The position numbers and the translations under genes are program-made. DNA of 64,000 bases from Podarcis gaigeae. Taxonomy: Eukaryota. The stretch lies in assembly GCA_964106915.2 (NCBI GenBank), contig OZ066920.1; one strand, given 5' to 3'. The notes beneath the pieces were generated by a model. That model saw only the letters and a program-made list of their open reading frames with translations. It did not search any database and had not been told where the DNA came from. Positions 26,539 to 40,094 of the stretch are shown piece by piece. Numbering within the stretch: the first letter of the stretch is position 1; every line of letters starts with the position of its first letter.

Positions 26539-29500
26539 CACTAAAATAATAATACTAAGGCCATCTCCCCTCCACATTCCTTCTCTATAGGGCTTTGGTA
26601 AGCAGGAGTAGAAATTAGAAATTAAATGTGATTTGGGTATATATGACATAGCAGCAGCAGTAGATCCGAGTGTTAAACTCTAGTAGTTGTTTCCAAAGTG
26701 CCTTATAAACTTATTTCAGTTGGCAGTGGAAGGTTAAGGAACACAGGGCATCATGAAACCAGGAGACTTGTGAACCAGAAACTTTGCTTCCTATCCAGTA
26801 AAAACAAAATATGTAAATAATTTTGAAAATGCCAACTAGATATAGCTGAGGTTTTCTTTTCTTCCATAGGAACAAAAACATTTCATATGAAACAGAACTG
26901 TAACATTGTCCAAAACAGTACAGGATGTACTATGTACAAAACAAAAAACATATGGGATGTAATTGAACTGTTAAGCTTAATTGCACCCAACTTTAAAAAG
27001 TCTAGTTAAACAATAAATATTTTACTTACTAAACACAGTTTTTACTTTTTAGTGAACCAAATATATTTACTATTCTTTATCAATTAGCATGATTTCTATA
27101 CCACTTTCCACTTAAGCACCACAAGGCAGTGTGATGCATTTACATTTTATTGCAGAATAAATAAAACAGAAGACAGTGTAGCAGGCTGAAATAGGCATAA
27201 CAAGTTCTTACAATCAACTGGGATTGATGTCCAGCAAAGGCTTGGGAGAATAAATATGTTTTAAGCAGGTGTCAAAATGGCAACCATATCAGTGCCTGTC
27301 TTAGTTTAGAGGGGAGGTGATTCCAAGGGAAAAGGGTCATTACCCCAAAGGCTCTTCCCCTGGCTGCTGCCAAACGGATTTCTACAGGTTGCAGCGCTAG
27401 TTGTATAGGCTGAACAGTTCTCAGTGGTGCTTCTGTTTGCTCTGTCAGTCATATGGATGAAGAGGTGACCATCATAATTTTGTAAGCCGGAGAGCTTGTG
27501 GTGAATTGGATGAATGAATCCCCCCTTTTTTTCCCTTAACCCGCCCCCCCCCCCAACCCAGATCATATTGCAGCTTCAAGAGAAATTGTCCTCTTACTTA
27601 ACTCAATGCATCCAATTTTCTGTAATTGCCTGTAAAACCTATTTGCAATTATTGCAAATCTCCAGCAATTTAGAAAGGCTTACCACCCTGAACTTATCCA
27701 AACAGCATTCTGTTTACTGAAAGCAAAGATTTCAGCAAGTGCCCCACTCTTGGTACTTAACTTCCCTGAGGGGTAATACTCTATTCTCCCAATTTCAACC
27801 CTTCATTTATTTCTTGTTCTGAAGCCATCACTGGCTCACCTGAAGGATACTGTTATGAGATAAGCTTTAAGGGTAAATTCTGACCAAATCCAAAGCAATT
27901 ATCCATATTCTAATCTAGAAAAGCCTGTATTTTATCATGGTGTTGCACCTGATAAAACACTAAATACAGATAAATAATGATTTGAGAGTATTTGCTTTGC
28001 TCAAAAGACAGTGGGAGAAGAGAATTATCGGGGAGTGTGGTCAGAACTGCAAACAGAAAGCTGCAGACATACAACTACTATGCAATGGGAGCTGCATTGA
28101 ATGCGATTTGACTGAAAGGATGGCATTGAAAATGATTTATCTGAAGAAAAGGATTGGCCCTACCATGCAGCAGGATTTTTAAAACAATCACCATCTATTT
28201 ATATTTCACATAATGTCAGGGCAGTCTTTAAGTAGTAGAATGAAGCAACCTGTTTAAGGGTGCTACCGTTGGGGAGGGGAACGTTAATAGTTAATAGTGG
28301 GCATTTGCTCCACTTCAGGCAGCAAAATGCCTTGTGCAGTTACTTCCTGAATGCATGCAAACTGGTGGAATGGGTATAAAATTCACTTTGCTCTTGACAA
28401 TAGAGTCTCTGGGGTTCCTAAACTCAGCACCCTCATTTCCCCCCATTAAGGTGAATGTCGGGTTTTATGGTATTCTCCCATGGAAGTCAAGGGAGCTGCA
28501 ATAAGGCATCCCTGAGATGGGGGCAAGGTCTGTCCCTGCCCAAAATGGCCCCAGGGCCTTGGATGCCAGGGTCCCTGCTCAAATTGGAAATGCTTTTCTT
28601 TAAAGGTTCTTAGCGGTTCCCAGGATTGCATCTCTGCATTGCAAGATGTTAGTCAAGATGACCCTTTGGGTTCCTCCCATCTCTAAAATTATGCAATTCT
28701 GTACTTTGGAAGGGGGAGAGTAATAACTTGGAAGGAATTTGTATTGACTGCTCTTGTAATTTTAATGGGCAAATAGAAAAGAGAGCTCTCCTTCTCTCTC
28801 TGGTCTTCCCCCTCCAGTTCTGCCACCGTGTCTGATTTACAGCAAGTGATTTACGATGACTGTGGCTATGTGCTTTACTTATTTCCTAACTAAATTGCAG
28901 TGTCAATTGGTGGGATTAGGCATCTGTGTCTTCTCTGCTCTTTCAGAGGCTTTTGCTGTGAAGCTCACCCTGGGATTCTTTTTGAGCAGATTAATGGAGT
29001 AGCCCTTTGTGGCTACTGCCAGATAGGGCCTGCAGACTGGGGCTGAGAATAGGATTTCAACTCATCAAAACTGTCTGGGATTAGGAAAACAGCCTCCTTC
29101 TCCCAGGTGCTGTCTGTGTGTCATTTTTTGAAATACAGGCCGAAAACACATGCCCAAACACTCTAAGCAGAGATAAGGCTTTGCACAATAACAGAAAATA
29201 AATCTCTAAAACCTCTTAGACCCTTGGTCCTGCTTTTTTAAAAAAAGAAAATAGGAAAAGGTATTTAAAGTGGAGGCTTACATTTTATACTGTTCTTAGC
29301 CAGTTCTTAGCATTATATGACGGGCTGCGACTGCAACCTTGCTTGTTGTTTTTGGACTCATCTAGAATAGTTTTTGCACCCAGCACTTAGTGTACTGTCC
29401 TCATCGCATTGGCTTGGCATGGAAGTATTATGGGAACAAGATAAGAGATGTAATTCCTGTCTAAATGATAAGAAAAAGGTCATTGTATCAAATTTGACAT

Positions 29501-29859
29501 GGGAAGGGGGCGATTTTTTTGGAACACATAATTATGTGCTTATCACAAAAAAACTAAAAATCCATTAAACAAAGTGCATGGTAGTAAAAATTAGGAAGCA
29601 TAATTTATAAGCTGTTGATTTAGTTTGTAGTGGGCCTGGGGTGAAAGCCATTTACTCCATTGATTTTACTATTTGGTAAAAGAGTCCTCCCCACAACCCA
29701 AAATGGGGTTGGGGATGCTTTCAAATGGAAAGGAACAGAGAAGGTCCATACAGAAAACAGCTCCTTTTTGGATTATGTATATAGTAACATCCCCGGTGCA
29801 CCTGAATGCATGTGATCCATAAATGACACCCGTCATTCATGCCCTAGCCGCACTGAAAT

Positions 29860-30270
29860 TTGATCTTTGTAATGAACTCTTCTTGGAACTGCCCTTGAAG
29901 ACAATTCAGAAACTTCATCTGGTTCATAATTTCGCTGCTGCTTGGCACCTGCAGATTAGATAATATTATCCATGTGTGAAGCCATATTCACAGACACATA
30001 TTTGCATTCAGCCTCAATTCAAAGTACTGGTGCTGAACTTTAAAGCCTAATCCAAGGAACAGTGATGTGTCCCTGTCTGTCTCTCTTTCTGTGTATGTGC
30101 ATGAACCACTCCATCTAAAGTGGAATCCATTGAAACAGATGTGAGTGATTTTATCCACAAAGTGCCTTGCAAATAAGTCACAGCAAGCCTCTGAAGGTTC
30201 CAGCAAACCATCCCAGGGCTTAGCATATAATAAGCTCTTTATCACCCAGGAAATCTCTGCAGGCAAAGAC
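29860..30270. mobile_element. Old L2 fragments in both orientations
   Basis: Plus strand LELPLKTIQKLHLVHN; minus strand CCDLFARHFVDKITHI; both resemble L2 ORF2. Confidence 0.5.
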
Positions 30271-33270
30271 TAAGCAGACACAATAGCTTTGTGCTCAAAT
30301 AAGACATGTGGGCAGAAAGTGCATATGGGGTGGGGGGCACGCACCACCTCCACTGTCCCTGTGAGCCCCTCAATTTCTTGTGTTGAGTGGGAAGTTCTTA
30401 AAGGGGAGTCTAAGTGCTTTCAGCATAACGTGCTTAGAATCCTCCATGCAACTGGGAAGGTTCTCCACTGCAGGAAGGTAAGTTCATACATGAAGAACCA
30501 CACGTTTGACCTTCCCATCCAACATGAGGCAGTTGGGTTGGAGCAGTGGGAATGGTGATGTTGGGGGCACAGCTGGTGAGCACATTCTCATGCCTCCTCC
30601 ACACGGTATGCTCACACTTGCTCTTTGATCACATGAACAGTGCTATAGATGTCTTTGTCACCATGCACACCATACATATCAACCACATTTCAAGCCCATG
30701 GCTTTCTCCAAAGAATCCTGGGAACCATGGTTTATTAAGGGTGCAGGGAATTGTAGTTCTTTGAGGATTCTTTGAGGGAAGCCATGCGCTTAAAAGGTAT
30801 GGAGCGGCTGTGACAGTATTCCTTCAAGTGTGATCTAACCTGCAGTTGGAGTCAGACCGAGTCTTCAGACTGAGTCTTCCTTCAATAACATCTTGTATGG
30901 CAAACCTAGAGCTTTGCAGCCCCTAAACTCTCTAGGAAGAAAACAGTCCCTAGTTTGTGGTGGCAAAAAATCTGGGAGTGATTATATTTACATTGTGTCA
31001 TTTTCTCAGTTGAGCAGTGTCATGAATAATAGCTGACCATGCCGATATAAAATTTCCGGAGGACAGTCAGGGAACTATCTACTCCCTCTGGATAGACTGT
31101 TTACTCCAGCACCAGTACATTTCCACAGCTGGTGTTTGAAGCCAAGTATGCATGACATTAGCCACAATTCTGTGGTGTCTTGAGAAATATCCCTCTCTGA
31201 TGTGCTTTCCCTCAAACAGCTCCATCCAACTTGAACTCATAAGCCATGGTTAAGCTGAGGTGTGTACATTTCAGACAGCCATTGCACATTGAACTGGGGT
31301 TTGGTGTGGAGAAACAAATCAGGTGAAGACATTCCTGATGTTTGCACGGCAACATAAGAATACCACTTGAAACTCAGCAGGGAGAAGTGAGTTTCAGAGA
31401 CTGCTCATGTGTACATTGCCTGAATATACTGTATGAAAGCAGGTTTAGAGAGACAGGTAACATGGAAGAATCTACCACTTCCAATTATTTACTTTACTTA
31501 TTTAGATGGACAAGCAATTTATATTCTGCCTTTCTAATGCCTGCTGTTGTTAATGATTAAATTTATATTGTGATCTTTCACCAAAGGGCAGCAAACTTGT
31601 CAATACTAAAATGATACAGTTAAAACTTCTCACAGCAGTGAAAGACAACCTTCTAGAAACAGTGCATAACTATGATAGGTAACAGTGTTCTTAAACAGTA
31701 GTGTTTATCTTTCTAACCGAAGTTTCAAAGCCTCTTCTCCAGCATCCAGCACTTTTGATGGAAACCAGGTGTGTTCCCTGACTGAAGACCCACAGCCTAT
31801 TCCCCAGCTGCAGTAGAAATGCACCCTCTCCACTTTACCTCTACTGGGAAGGGTGAGATAAGAAGCTCCCTCTAGCATGGTAGAGTCTGGCCCTCTTATT
31901 ATGACAAAATAAAATCCTCATGCAGGCATCAGATTTAAGTTAAATCACGAGAGAAGGGGCAGTGGGGGCAAGTGAAAGCGCTCTCCTTTACCCCATTGCC
32001 ATTGAATTTGTGGAAGGCAATTGTCTGCTGCCTCATATTTTTCCTAATGGTAGGCTGGCCTTGTTTTGTGTATCCATGAGGTTCCCTGCTTGTTTTAGAC
32101 CCCCTTCTGTTCCAGGGTTCTTAAATGTTTGGGTGACCTCCACAGATACAAAAGGCTTTCAATGTGGATCTTTCACCCTGGCTTTTGACACTTGAGATAT
32201 CTATTTTTAGTACCTACCTTGCCCTTGTAATTTTAGGTTGTTTCAAACTTTTTTTAGTATAGTGTAGTGTAATATTGTGTTCTAATATTAATATTTTAAT
32301 TGTTGTAACTTGCCCTGGAATCTTTGGGTGAATAATAATAATTACAATATTTATTGTAATTACAGAGATTATCCTCAACATCCCTTTGCATCATTCTTTA
32401 GCCTGTGTGAAGTCGGTCCAGATACAGGACATGGATGGACTGTGTAAGAAGACGTTTTGGAAAATCTTGACAGATCATGACACAGCAACACTGAGGAGGA
32501 AGTGGTGTCTAGAGTATGCAAATGTTGAATCTGCAGAATGTTGCAATGCCTTTTTAACATCCCTAATAATAAAATGGATGCATATGCCTTCAATTTGCAA
32601 TCTTCAAAGACTGTGAAACCAATGTACTTATATGGAAGAAGCTCCTATTGGGATGTAGAGACTTTTGAAGAAACATGTATTGGATTAAGCTGCACAGTGC
32701 TTTGACAAGTTTCAAATTAGCTTTTTTATCCCTCTAGATTGCACAGGCCATATGCCACAGCAAATAGTTTTGCACATTGAAAAGTGGGTCAGGAAACTCA
32801 GCTCTAAATTATTATTGTCTGGGGCATTTATCTTTGATATTTTTTCAATGGGGACATATTTCCCCAACCCAGGTTGCATTTGCTTTTGATTAGGAATGAG
32901 TTCATACCTTCACTTTCCATACCTTCCAGGCATCGCTCAGTGCCTTTAGTATTCCCGTAATTATTAAATCCTTTCTGGCAGCTTTATTAGGCTTTATCTG
33001 TTCAACTACATCTATGACTTTTGATGGTTCTATTAGGTTTGTCCTCCACCACCCTCTTTCTTTCTTTCTGCATCTTAGTTTATTGTTTGCAGTTTTTGTC
33101 ACTTGCTGAAGTCCCATACTTCAATGATTTTAAAATATATACCCCACCTTTTAAATCAATATGGTAAGGTGAGATACCAAATTATGCATTTAAAAGCAAT
33201 AATCCAGATTTGATCAACAGTCCTATGATATTCCACTTATTGTAGTGTGAGCTACAGCTTCTAGATCTTG

Positions 33271-33272
<2 letters not shown>

Positions 33273-33327
<55 letters not shown>

Positions 33328-33377
33328 CTTCCCTCCCTCCCTCCCTCCCTCCACCCCCCCTCTCTCTCACACACACA
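33273..33377. repeat. Compound (CT)n/(CCCT)n/(CA)n microsatellite
   Basis: Direct reading. Confidence 0.95.
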
Positions 33378-34001
33378 AAGAGGAATTTGCAAGTAAAACA
33401 CCTTTTATGTGATCCTGGTAACATTAAAGATGAGCTCTATCTAGATTATCACACTGCCGTTGTGAAAATTAATTAGATATCAGAACTTTGCCACTGGAAG
33501 AGCATCCCACATTACCAGTCTTCTCAATTTAATTTCTCATTTGCAAAATCACATTTTCTATTAACACAGAAACAGCTTTATATTTTATCTTCACTGTAGC
33601 CAACTGAGGCAGGCACCATTGTTCCTTTTTTATACACAAGAAATTGAGGTTGGAGGTGGTCATTTGCCAATAGTTATCCAGCAAATCACCGTGATGACTC
33701 AGGATTTGAAACTGAGTCTTCCATTTCCAAGACTGATAGGTGGGTTTTCAGTTGCTCGATATGCTTAGTCAAGACAGTCTGTGTTCCTGTTGTTTCATTG
33801 GAGCTAGAAGTAAGCTGAGTTAGCCAACCCTTCAGCGACATCCTGTACATGTGGATAGAAACATTCTTGCCTGTGTGTCACAATTTTCTTTGGTGCGAGC
33901 ATAACACTGCATGACTGACAGCATTTAAAAGATCACATTGATGCACTCACTTTTATGGAATTTATAGAATTCAATTCAACGGGAAAGTGGGCTAGCTTTA
34001 T

Positions 34002-34133
34002 NNNNNNNNNNNNNNNNNNNNNNNNNNNNNNNNNNNNNNNNNNNNNNNNNNNNNNNNNNNNNNNNNNNNNNNNNNNNNNNNNNNNNNNNNNNNNNNNNNN
34101 NNNNNNNNNNNNNNNNNNNNNNNNNNNNNNNNN
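34002..34133. other. Assembly gap (132 N)
   Basis: Run of N. Confidence 1.
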
Positions 34134-34173
34134 GTGTAGCCAGCAGAAATACATAATATACTTTAGGACAGTA

Positions 34174-34310
34174 GGATAGCTCAGTTGCTAAAAGCATGAG
34201 GCTCTTAATCTTAGGGTCCCACATTGAGCCCCACATTGGGGAAAAGATTCCTGCATTACAGGGGTTTGGACCCTCATGTTCCCTTCCAAGTCTACAATTC
34301 TATGATTCTA
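34174..34310 (+). mobile_element. tRNA-head SINE with CR1-type 3' tail
   Basis: GGATAGCTCAGTTG...CTCTTAATCTTAGGGTC (tRNA-Lys-like) followed by CCCTTCCAA...ATTCTATGATTCTA, the CR1 terminus. Confidence 0.75.
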
Positions 34311-34937
34311 ATACACAGGATACACACGTACACTTTTCTTTCTTTCTGAAGCTTTCACTGGTTGATGTAAATTGATCTGCAGCAGGGATGGTTGTCCCAG
34401 GAACACAGGATGCTGCCTTATACCGCATAAGACAAGTGGTGGTTCAGTATAGTAGCTGGATCAGTATTGTCTACACTGAGTGGAAACAGCTCCCCAGGAC
34501 TTCAGATAGCCCTCTCTCCCACTCCTACCTGGAGGTGCTGGGGATTGAACTGCAGACATACTGCATGCAAAGTAGATGCTCTACCACAGAGCTACAGCTC
34601 TCCCTGTATGTTGTGAAACTGAGTGAGGCTGATCCTAAAAGGTGGCGTCACTCAGCCTCACCACATGGCTTGTCTTTTTATCCTTCAGGTTTTTAAGGCA
34701 GGGGTTGGGAACCTTTCACAGCTGTGTTCCCTTGTAAGCAATCTTTGGGAGCTGCTGGTAGTACAAGCTGATACATTTTTCTATGTACCAGATTTGCACA
34801 AAAGAGCAGTAAAAAAAATGTGTGGGTGCTACCCCAAGCAAGGACACCTATAAGTCAATTGTGGGTGTGCATGCAGGTATTTGTTTACTTGTGTGTATGC
34901 ACCTTTCATATGTGAAATGCAAGGTTTTCCCCCAATA

Positions 34938-35450
34938 ATTTTTTTATTAAAGTTTGAAAGAAAATATATAAAGGTTACTATCCAATATCTTTTTATCAAA
35001 GATAAAAGAAGCTGATCTAAATAAAAGCACAAACCAAAAGGAGGAAAAGAAAAGAAAAGGTGAGAAAAAGGAAGAGGGGGAAAAGGAAAGGAAGAAAAGA
35101 AGAAAATGTGAACTTCTGATTCTTCATCTGTCACCTACATATAGAAAATTATTCAAAAGATCCACTCCAAGATAACACCCAACAATTTCGCTTACTATAA
35201 ACCAATATTTTATTCAATCCTCAAACCCAGATATCATAGGTTCATTTTCTTTTTCTTTGCAAAAAGTCTATAAGGAGTTTCCAATCTTTACTAAATATTA
35301 ACAATGATTTATCACTGATTAAGCAAGTCACCTTTGCCATCTCAGCTAAGTCCAATAATTGTAACAATCATTCCTCTACAAGTTTTTCAATATAGCAAAT
35401 TTGCACCAATGAGCAATGATGTTAAAAATCCAGGCAATCATTTGAAATTA
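34938..35450 (-). mobile_element. L1-clade LINE 3' fragment
   Basis: Minus strand LLDLAEMAKVTCLISDKSLLIFSKDWKLLIDFL resembles non-mammalian L1 ORF2 C-termini; AATAAA and A-rich end near 34940. Confidence 0.6.
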
Positions 35451-38400
35451 TTGGCACGAGAGGCTGCTTCTTCATTTCCTTTCTGCTTTCCTTTTCTTGC
35501 CTCCTGTACTTGCATGGGCACATTTTATTTTTTGCTTTTAATACAGTTGCTTTGTGGAACTGCCATTCTGCACAAAAAGTGGTTTTAATTATAAAGATAA
35601 AGCAACTGGTGGGAAAGGATGCAGTGCACAAAAATGCCGTATCTAGCAGGTGGTGCAGTCAGTAAAGCAGCACTACGCTTTTTTTGGGGGGGGGGGGGAG
35701 CGACCACACAATGTGCTTCAGTACATCCACTGTCATGTAATGTGCAATTTTATATCAGACTTTCTCCCCTTACTGGATTATCTGTGAGGGGGGTGGGAGG
35801 TAAGTGGGAGGTACCACTGAGGAAGAAGACACCATGTGTAAATAATACACATTTAAAGAGAATAGTGACCTAAGCAGCTTCAACGTCACATCAAACTCCA
35901 GTCTGGATGAGGCCTTCCTCTAAAATGTGGGATCATTCACATTACCGTAAATTCCTCTTGGAGAAAAATGAGATGGAGGTGCGTTGGGACTATGTATATA
36001 CTAAATATCAGCTTTCTAACACTTCTACCAAAAGTATCCTGACATTGTTGATACCCCTAGTAGCGAATGATTTTGCTCAGATAGATGTCATGTTTCAGAG
36101 GGATACAGATCAATGTTTCCGTAGCCCCATTTTCAAAAAAACATTCTCCCACACATCCAATAAGCTGCTGGGAAAATGTGGTAGAACCTGCAAGAGCCAA
36201 AAAGAGGAGGAAGAGGGATGGGGAAAGTGGGGGAAGGGGAGGACAAAGGAGCACATCTTAAAGCTCACTCCCTAAGAATAAGTCCCATTGCATTTAATGA
36301 GAATTATTTCGGAGTAGGCTTGGATCTTTTTGGACCACAACCCCATTCGTTTTTTGATTTCATTAAAAACTTTGTCCCAGTGCTCTCTTGCAGCAGTAAA
36401 CACTATGGTGGGAAAGTGACTCTTTCTCTTATTTTCAAAGCAGGGCCGTGTCAAAACAATTGATTCTGTGCATAAAAAAACATTTTCTTGTTTTTATTTT
36501 GCAGACATTTTAAATTATATTCAAAGCCCATTGACTTTGGTGGGTTTAAAATGCTTTCCTTGGACTGAGGCCATTCTGCTTCCCTTACACCAGCATGGTT
36601 GATTGAATGAATTATTGTGAGGGTGTCATAAGATATTTTATTGTCACTTCACACTATACATTTAAAGTGCATTCTAAATAAATCCCTGTCCTACAAAGAA
36701 TCATGGGAACTGTAGTTTTGGGTGCTGGAAGTTGTAGTCCTGTGAAGGATAAACTACATCTCCCACTATTCTTTTTTTTGTGGGGGGTGCGGGGTGGTGG
36801 TGGGGAGTGTACTTTGAATAAATGGTGTGTCTGCATTCTGCAGCCATAGATAAAACTTTGAATAGTGAACAATTTTTTTGTTCTCCCTTTTGATGCTAAC
36901 TTTACTGTGTCGTCCCCCCCCCTTCTCCCAGATCAACTCACGGTTAGTTTTGAGCAGTTTATACACAACCTGTCCTTTGAAATGAAGAAGGTCTTTCACT
37001 CTCAATTCAGTTTCTAGGAGGAAAAATACTTTTCCTGCTGCGTGTCTCACCCACCCACTCCGGTCACCCCCCCCCCCCAATACGTCAATGCTAGGGAATC
37101 CCACTAACCTAAGAAAGCAAAGCGCTCGGATATATGAGCTCTGAGCATCCTCTAATCTGGGCGACAATCTCATTTCACAAGTAGCGGAGGGGAGTCATCT
37201 CCATGAGTTTGAACCTGCGTCCTCAGGGGAGGAAAAAAAGTGGGGAGGAGGAAGTTTGTCAGGAAAAGGAGGGAGGGGGGAGACCCTCGTTGAGCCGAAT
37301 AAGAATGATTAAGAGAAGACTTCGTTGCCTTCCACCCACCTAAAGTCGATAGCACTCCAGCGGACTGGCTGAGGCGGAACTATATAAGCCAGGTGTATGG
37401 CAGCCAATTCCGACGGCTGCGACGCGACGCCCAGGACGCAGTTTTTACGGATCGCAGACCAGCCTCCAAGCGGGGAAGTCGCGGGACCGAAGAGGCAACT
37501 TTGGCACGGTAAAGTCCTTTCCTCGCCCCTGAAAAGACTCACGACAGGCTTTAGGCAGGTCTCTCAACTTTGTTGTGAATGGACGGGGGCCCCTTGAGTA
37601 TTACTGAGGGTTTACTGGGTTTACTAGGGTCTACTAGTATATTTCTGCTTGAAATGAATCAGGGTGCCCTCGGGGGTGGGAGGTATGAAGGAGCAGTGAA
37701 ATCGCTTCCCAGGCGATGCACCTGCCAAGGAGGAAGGTGAATGGAAGAAGTTTGCATTTGTGCAGACGCTACGACCACCGGGTGGGTGGGTGTTTCTGTG
37801 TCCCCCCCCCCCGTTAGATTCCCCCCCCCAAAGACAACACTGGGTGAAAGGGAGTTGGAAGAGACAGAACCCAAAGAAGTGGGTTTGTGAATAACTGAAT
37901 TAATATTCTCCCTCCCTTAATCCTAATTGTTCGCTATATTTGGAGAGCTTACTTAGGGGGATAAAGTACCGAGCTTGGGAGCCCGAGTCCCTTCGTGGTC
38001 GGGTTTCCAATCTCTTCTCTCTTTTTCCGAGGGGGTCTAAAACATGGGTGTCCTCGGGAAGGTAGCCCAGGGCCCCACTCAGCAGAATGGGCAGGGCTGG
38101 ATTTAAAGCGGTAGAGGTATGGGTGGGTGTAGGCGTAAGACCACCCAAATCAGAGCTTGAAGAAAAACCCCACCCTATAAAGACAGATTACGAATCCAAA
38201 TACAGTATTGTAGTTGCCGTCGATTATAGAGGCGGAGGGATATTAAACCTGCAATTTTGCGAACACTTCGACCAAGCCCCATTTTATTCCCTAGGGTTTA
38301 TTTTCGAGTAGACAAGCATAGGATTACACTGGGGGGTGGGGTGGGGGGAAGGAACGACCAAGGAATTTTCCGGAAGGGCTAAATTTTTTTTGAGAATATA

Positions 38401-39583
38401 GTATTTCGCGATGCAAAATATTTTAGCTGTGTTTGAGGGAGAAAGAAAGAGAGACTTTGGATTCTGAATATAATTTTGGGTTAAGGGTGTAATTTCTTAA
38501 TAGGTTTGAACAGAGATGCTTAAAAATCGAAGTCAGGTTGCTGCTTCCAAGTCCTGGAGTTAGATTTTGAACAGTACCTCGGACGAATCCTCCATGTCCT
38601 GGGTGCCCATTCTAGAAAAGATGTCAAATTACAAATCCTTTCAAATTGCCATATTCCATGGTGGGGGAAATCAATAAACTGGGGTAAAAAACCCAGGCGT
38701 TGTGCAGTGTTGAAAACAATCAAACAAATAACTAGCCCGCCCCATAGAATCACTTTCGAGGTGCGCGCAACGTTGGTGCAACGGCGCGCCCCGGAGCGAG
38801 ATAACCCGAGCAATGTGTGTGTGGAGTCCCATATTTGATCACAGACCTAAAGATCCGGGTAAGAAATAAGCAGATACTCCTACAAATTCATTCACAAATT
38901 CTCCTTCGGGAGAGGGGAGTCGGGAGGAGCCCCCCGCACCCTACTTGGCGCCCCCCGGCTCCGAGTGAAAACTCGTTCGTCGAGCGCTTTAAAGCCCCAG
39001 GAGCGCTTGGGAAAGAAAGCCAGGCAAATCCCGCCTAAAGCCCCGCGGATCGCGAAATGCGTGGCCTGCTTAATGCCCTCCTCATAATCCGTGTCTATAA
39101 ATGTGCCCTAAAGGGCTCCGGGGTCTAGAAGGGAAGCCGCGGCGGCGGCCTGATGGTGGGCGGGGTCGCGGCGGCGGCGGGACCAGCCCCAAGAGCCCCT
39201 CCCTCCTCCTCCCGCTCCGCCTGGTGTTCCTTCTCCTCCTCCCTTCACACGCCGGGCACAGACCCGAGCGCGAAGCGAGCGTCCGGGCTGGCAACTGGCG
39301 AGGCCCCCGCTGGGACTATTAGCGGAGCGCGCGCCCGGGGAGCTGGCCTGACACCCCTCGCAGCGGCCAAGCCGAGAGGAGAGAGGGCTCCAGCCTCTGG
39401 GAAGCAGCCGCCGCGCGGACGCCCTACTTTCTCTCCCCGGCGCGGCAACCGCGACACGTGCCTTTGGCGCGCCCGCAAGCAGCTGCGACCAACCCGCCGC
39501 CCAGAGCGGCCTCGCGCTCGCGGGGCTCGGCGTGTCGTCCCTCCGCTCGAGCCCCAGGCTGCGCGGCCAGTGCCAGCCCCACG

Positions 39584-39634
39584 ATGAGGCGGGAGCTGAG
39601 GGCGGGAAGGGGCAGCAGCAGCAGCAGGAGCTAA
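39584..39634 (+). other. Upstream ORF (16 aa, MRRELRAGRGSSSSRS) in the presumed 5'UTR
   Basis: cccacgATGa (A at -3); stops at TAA 54 nt before the main ATG. Confidence 0.5.
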
Positions 39635-39688
39635 CCGCCGAGCGCTGCCTCCGCCGCCTCGCTCTCTTTCCCCTCAGGAGGCCGAGAG

Positions 39689-40094
39689 ATGCAAGGGGCC
39701 AAGCCATGCCGCCGCCGCTACCACGCGCTGCCTGCCCTCCTCTTCTTCCTGCTCTTCACCTCAGGACGGGCGCCCAGAGCCGAGGGCGCCGCCGCCGCCA
39801 AGAACAAGACCCGGGACCTCCAGAGCCCGGCGGCGGCGGACAGGAAGGCGCTGCTGGAACTCTTGCTCAGAGCCCTCCGCGAGAGGGGCAGCGGCCACAG
39901 CCGCCCTCAGCACCAGGCGCCTTTTCACCCCTTGGGGGCGGAACGGGTCATCGCTCGGCGCTACACGACCGGCGGCGCCCTTTACTCCTCCGCCTCGGTG
40001 GATCGAGAAGCCAGAGTGATCTCGTCGTCGTCGTCCTCCAGGGAGCGAGCGGGCGCGCAGGCACCCAGGTTCTTCACCTCTTCCCGGCATTCAG
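39689..40094 (+). CDS. ALKAL1: ALK and LTK ligand 1 (augmentor-beta, FAM150A), coding exon 1
   Basis: Signal peptide MQGAKP...LPALLFFLLFTSG (human ALKAL1 from memory: MRPLKPGAPLPALFLL); DRKALLELLLRALRE helix resembles other ALKAL N-termini; phase-1 donor TCAG|GTAAGC gives SRHS|E, matching the ALKAL1 SRSA|EIFPRD junction. The diagnostic AUG-domain exons were not found in the window. Confidence 0.8.

Noticed and set aside
32351-32616. Acceptor-like TAATTACAG followed by an open frame of about 80 codons
   Set aside because: No recognisable homology, weak pyrimidine tract, no partner exon.
1-38000. 3' exons of RB1CC1, the upstream neighbour in human
   Set aside because: No matching peptide recognised; the short ORFs here look random or transposon-derived.
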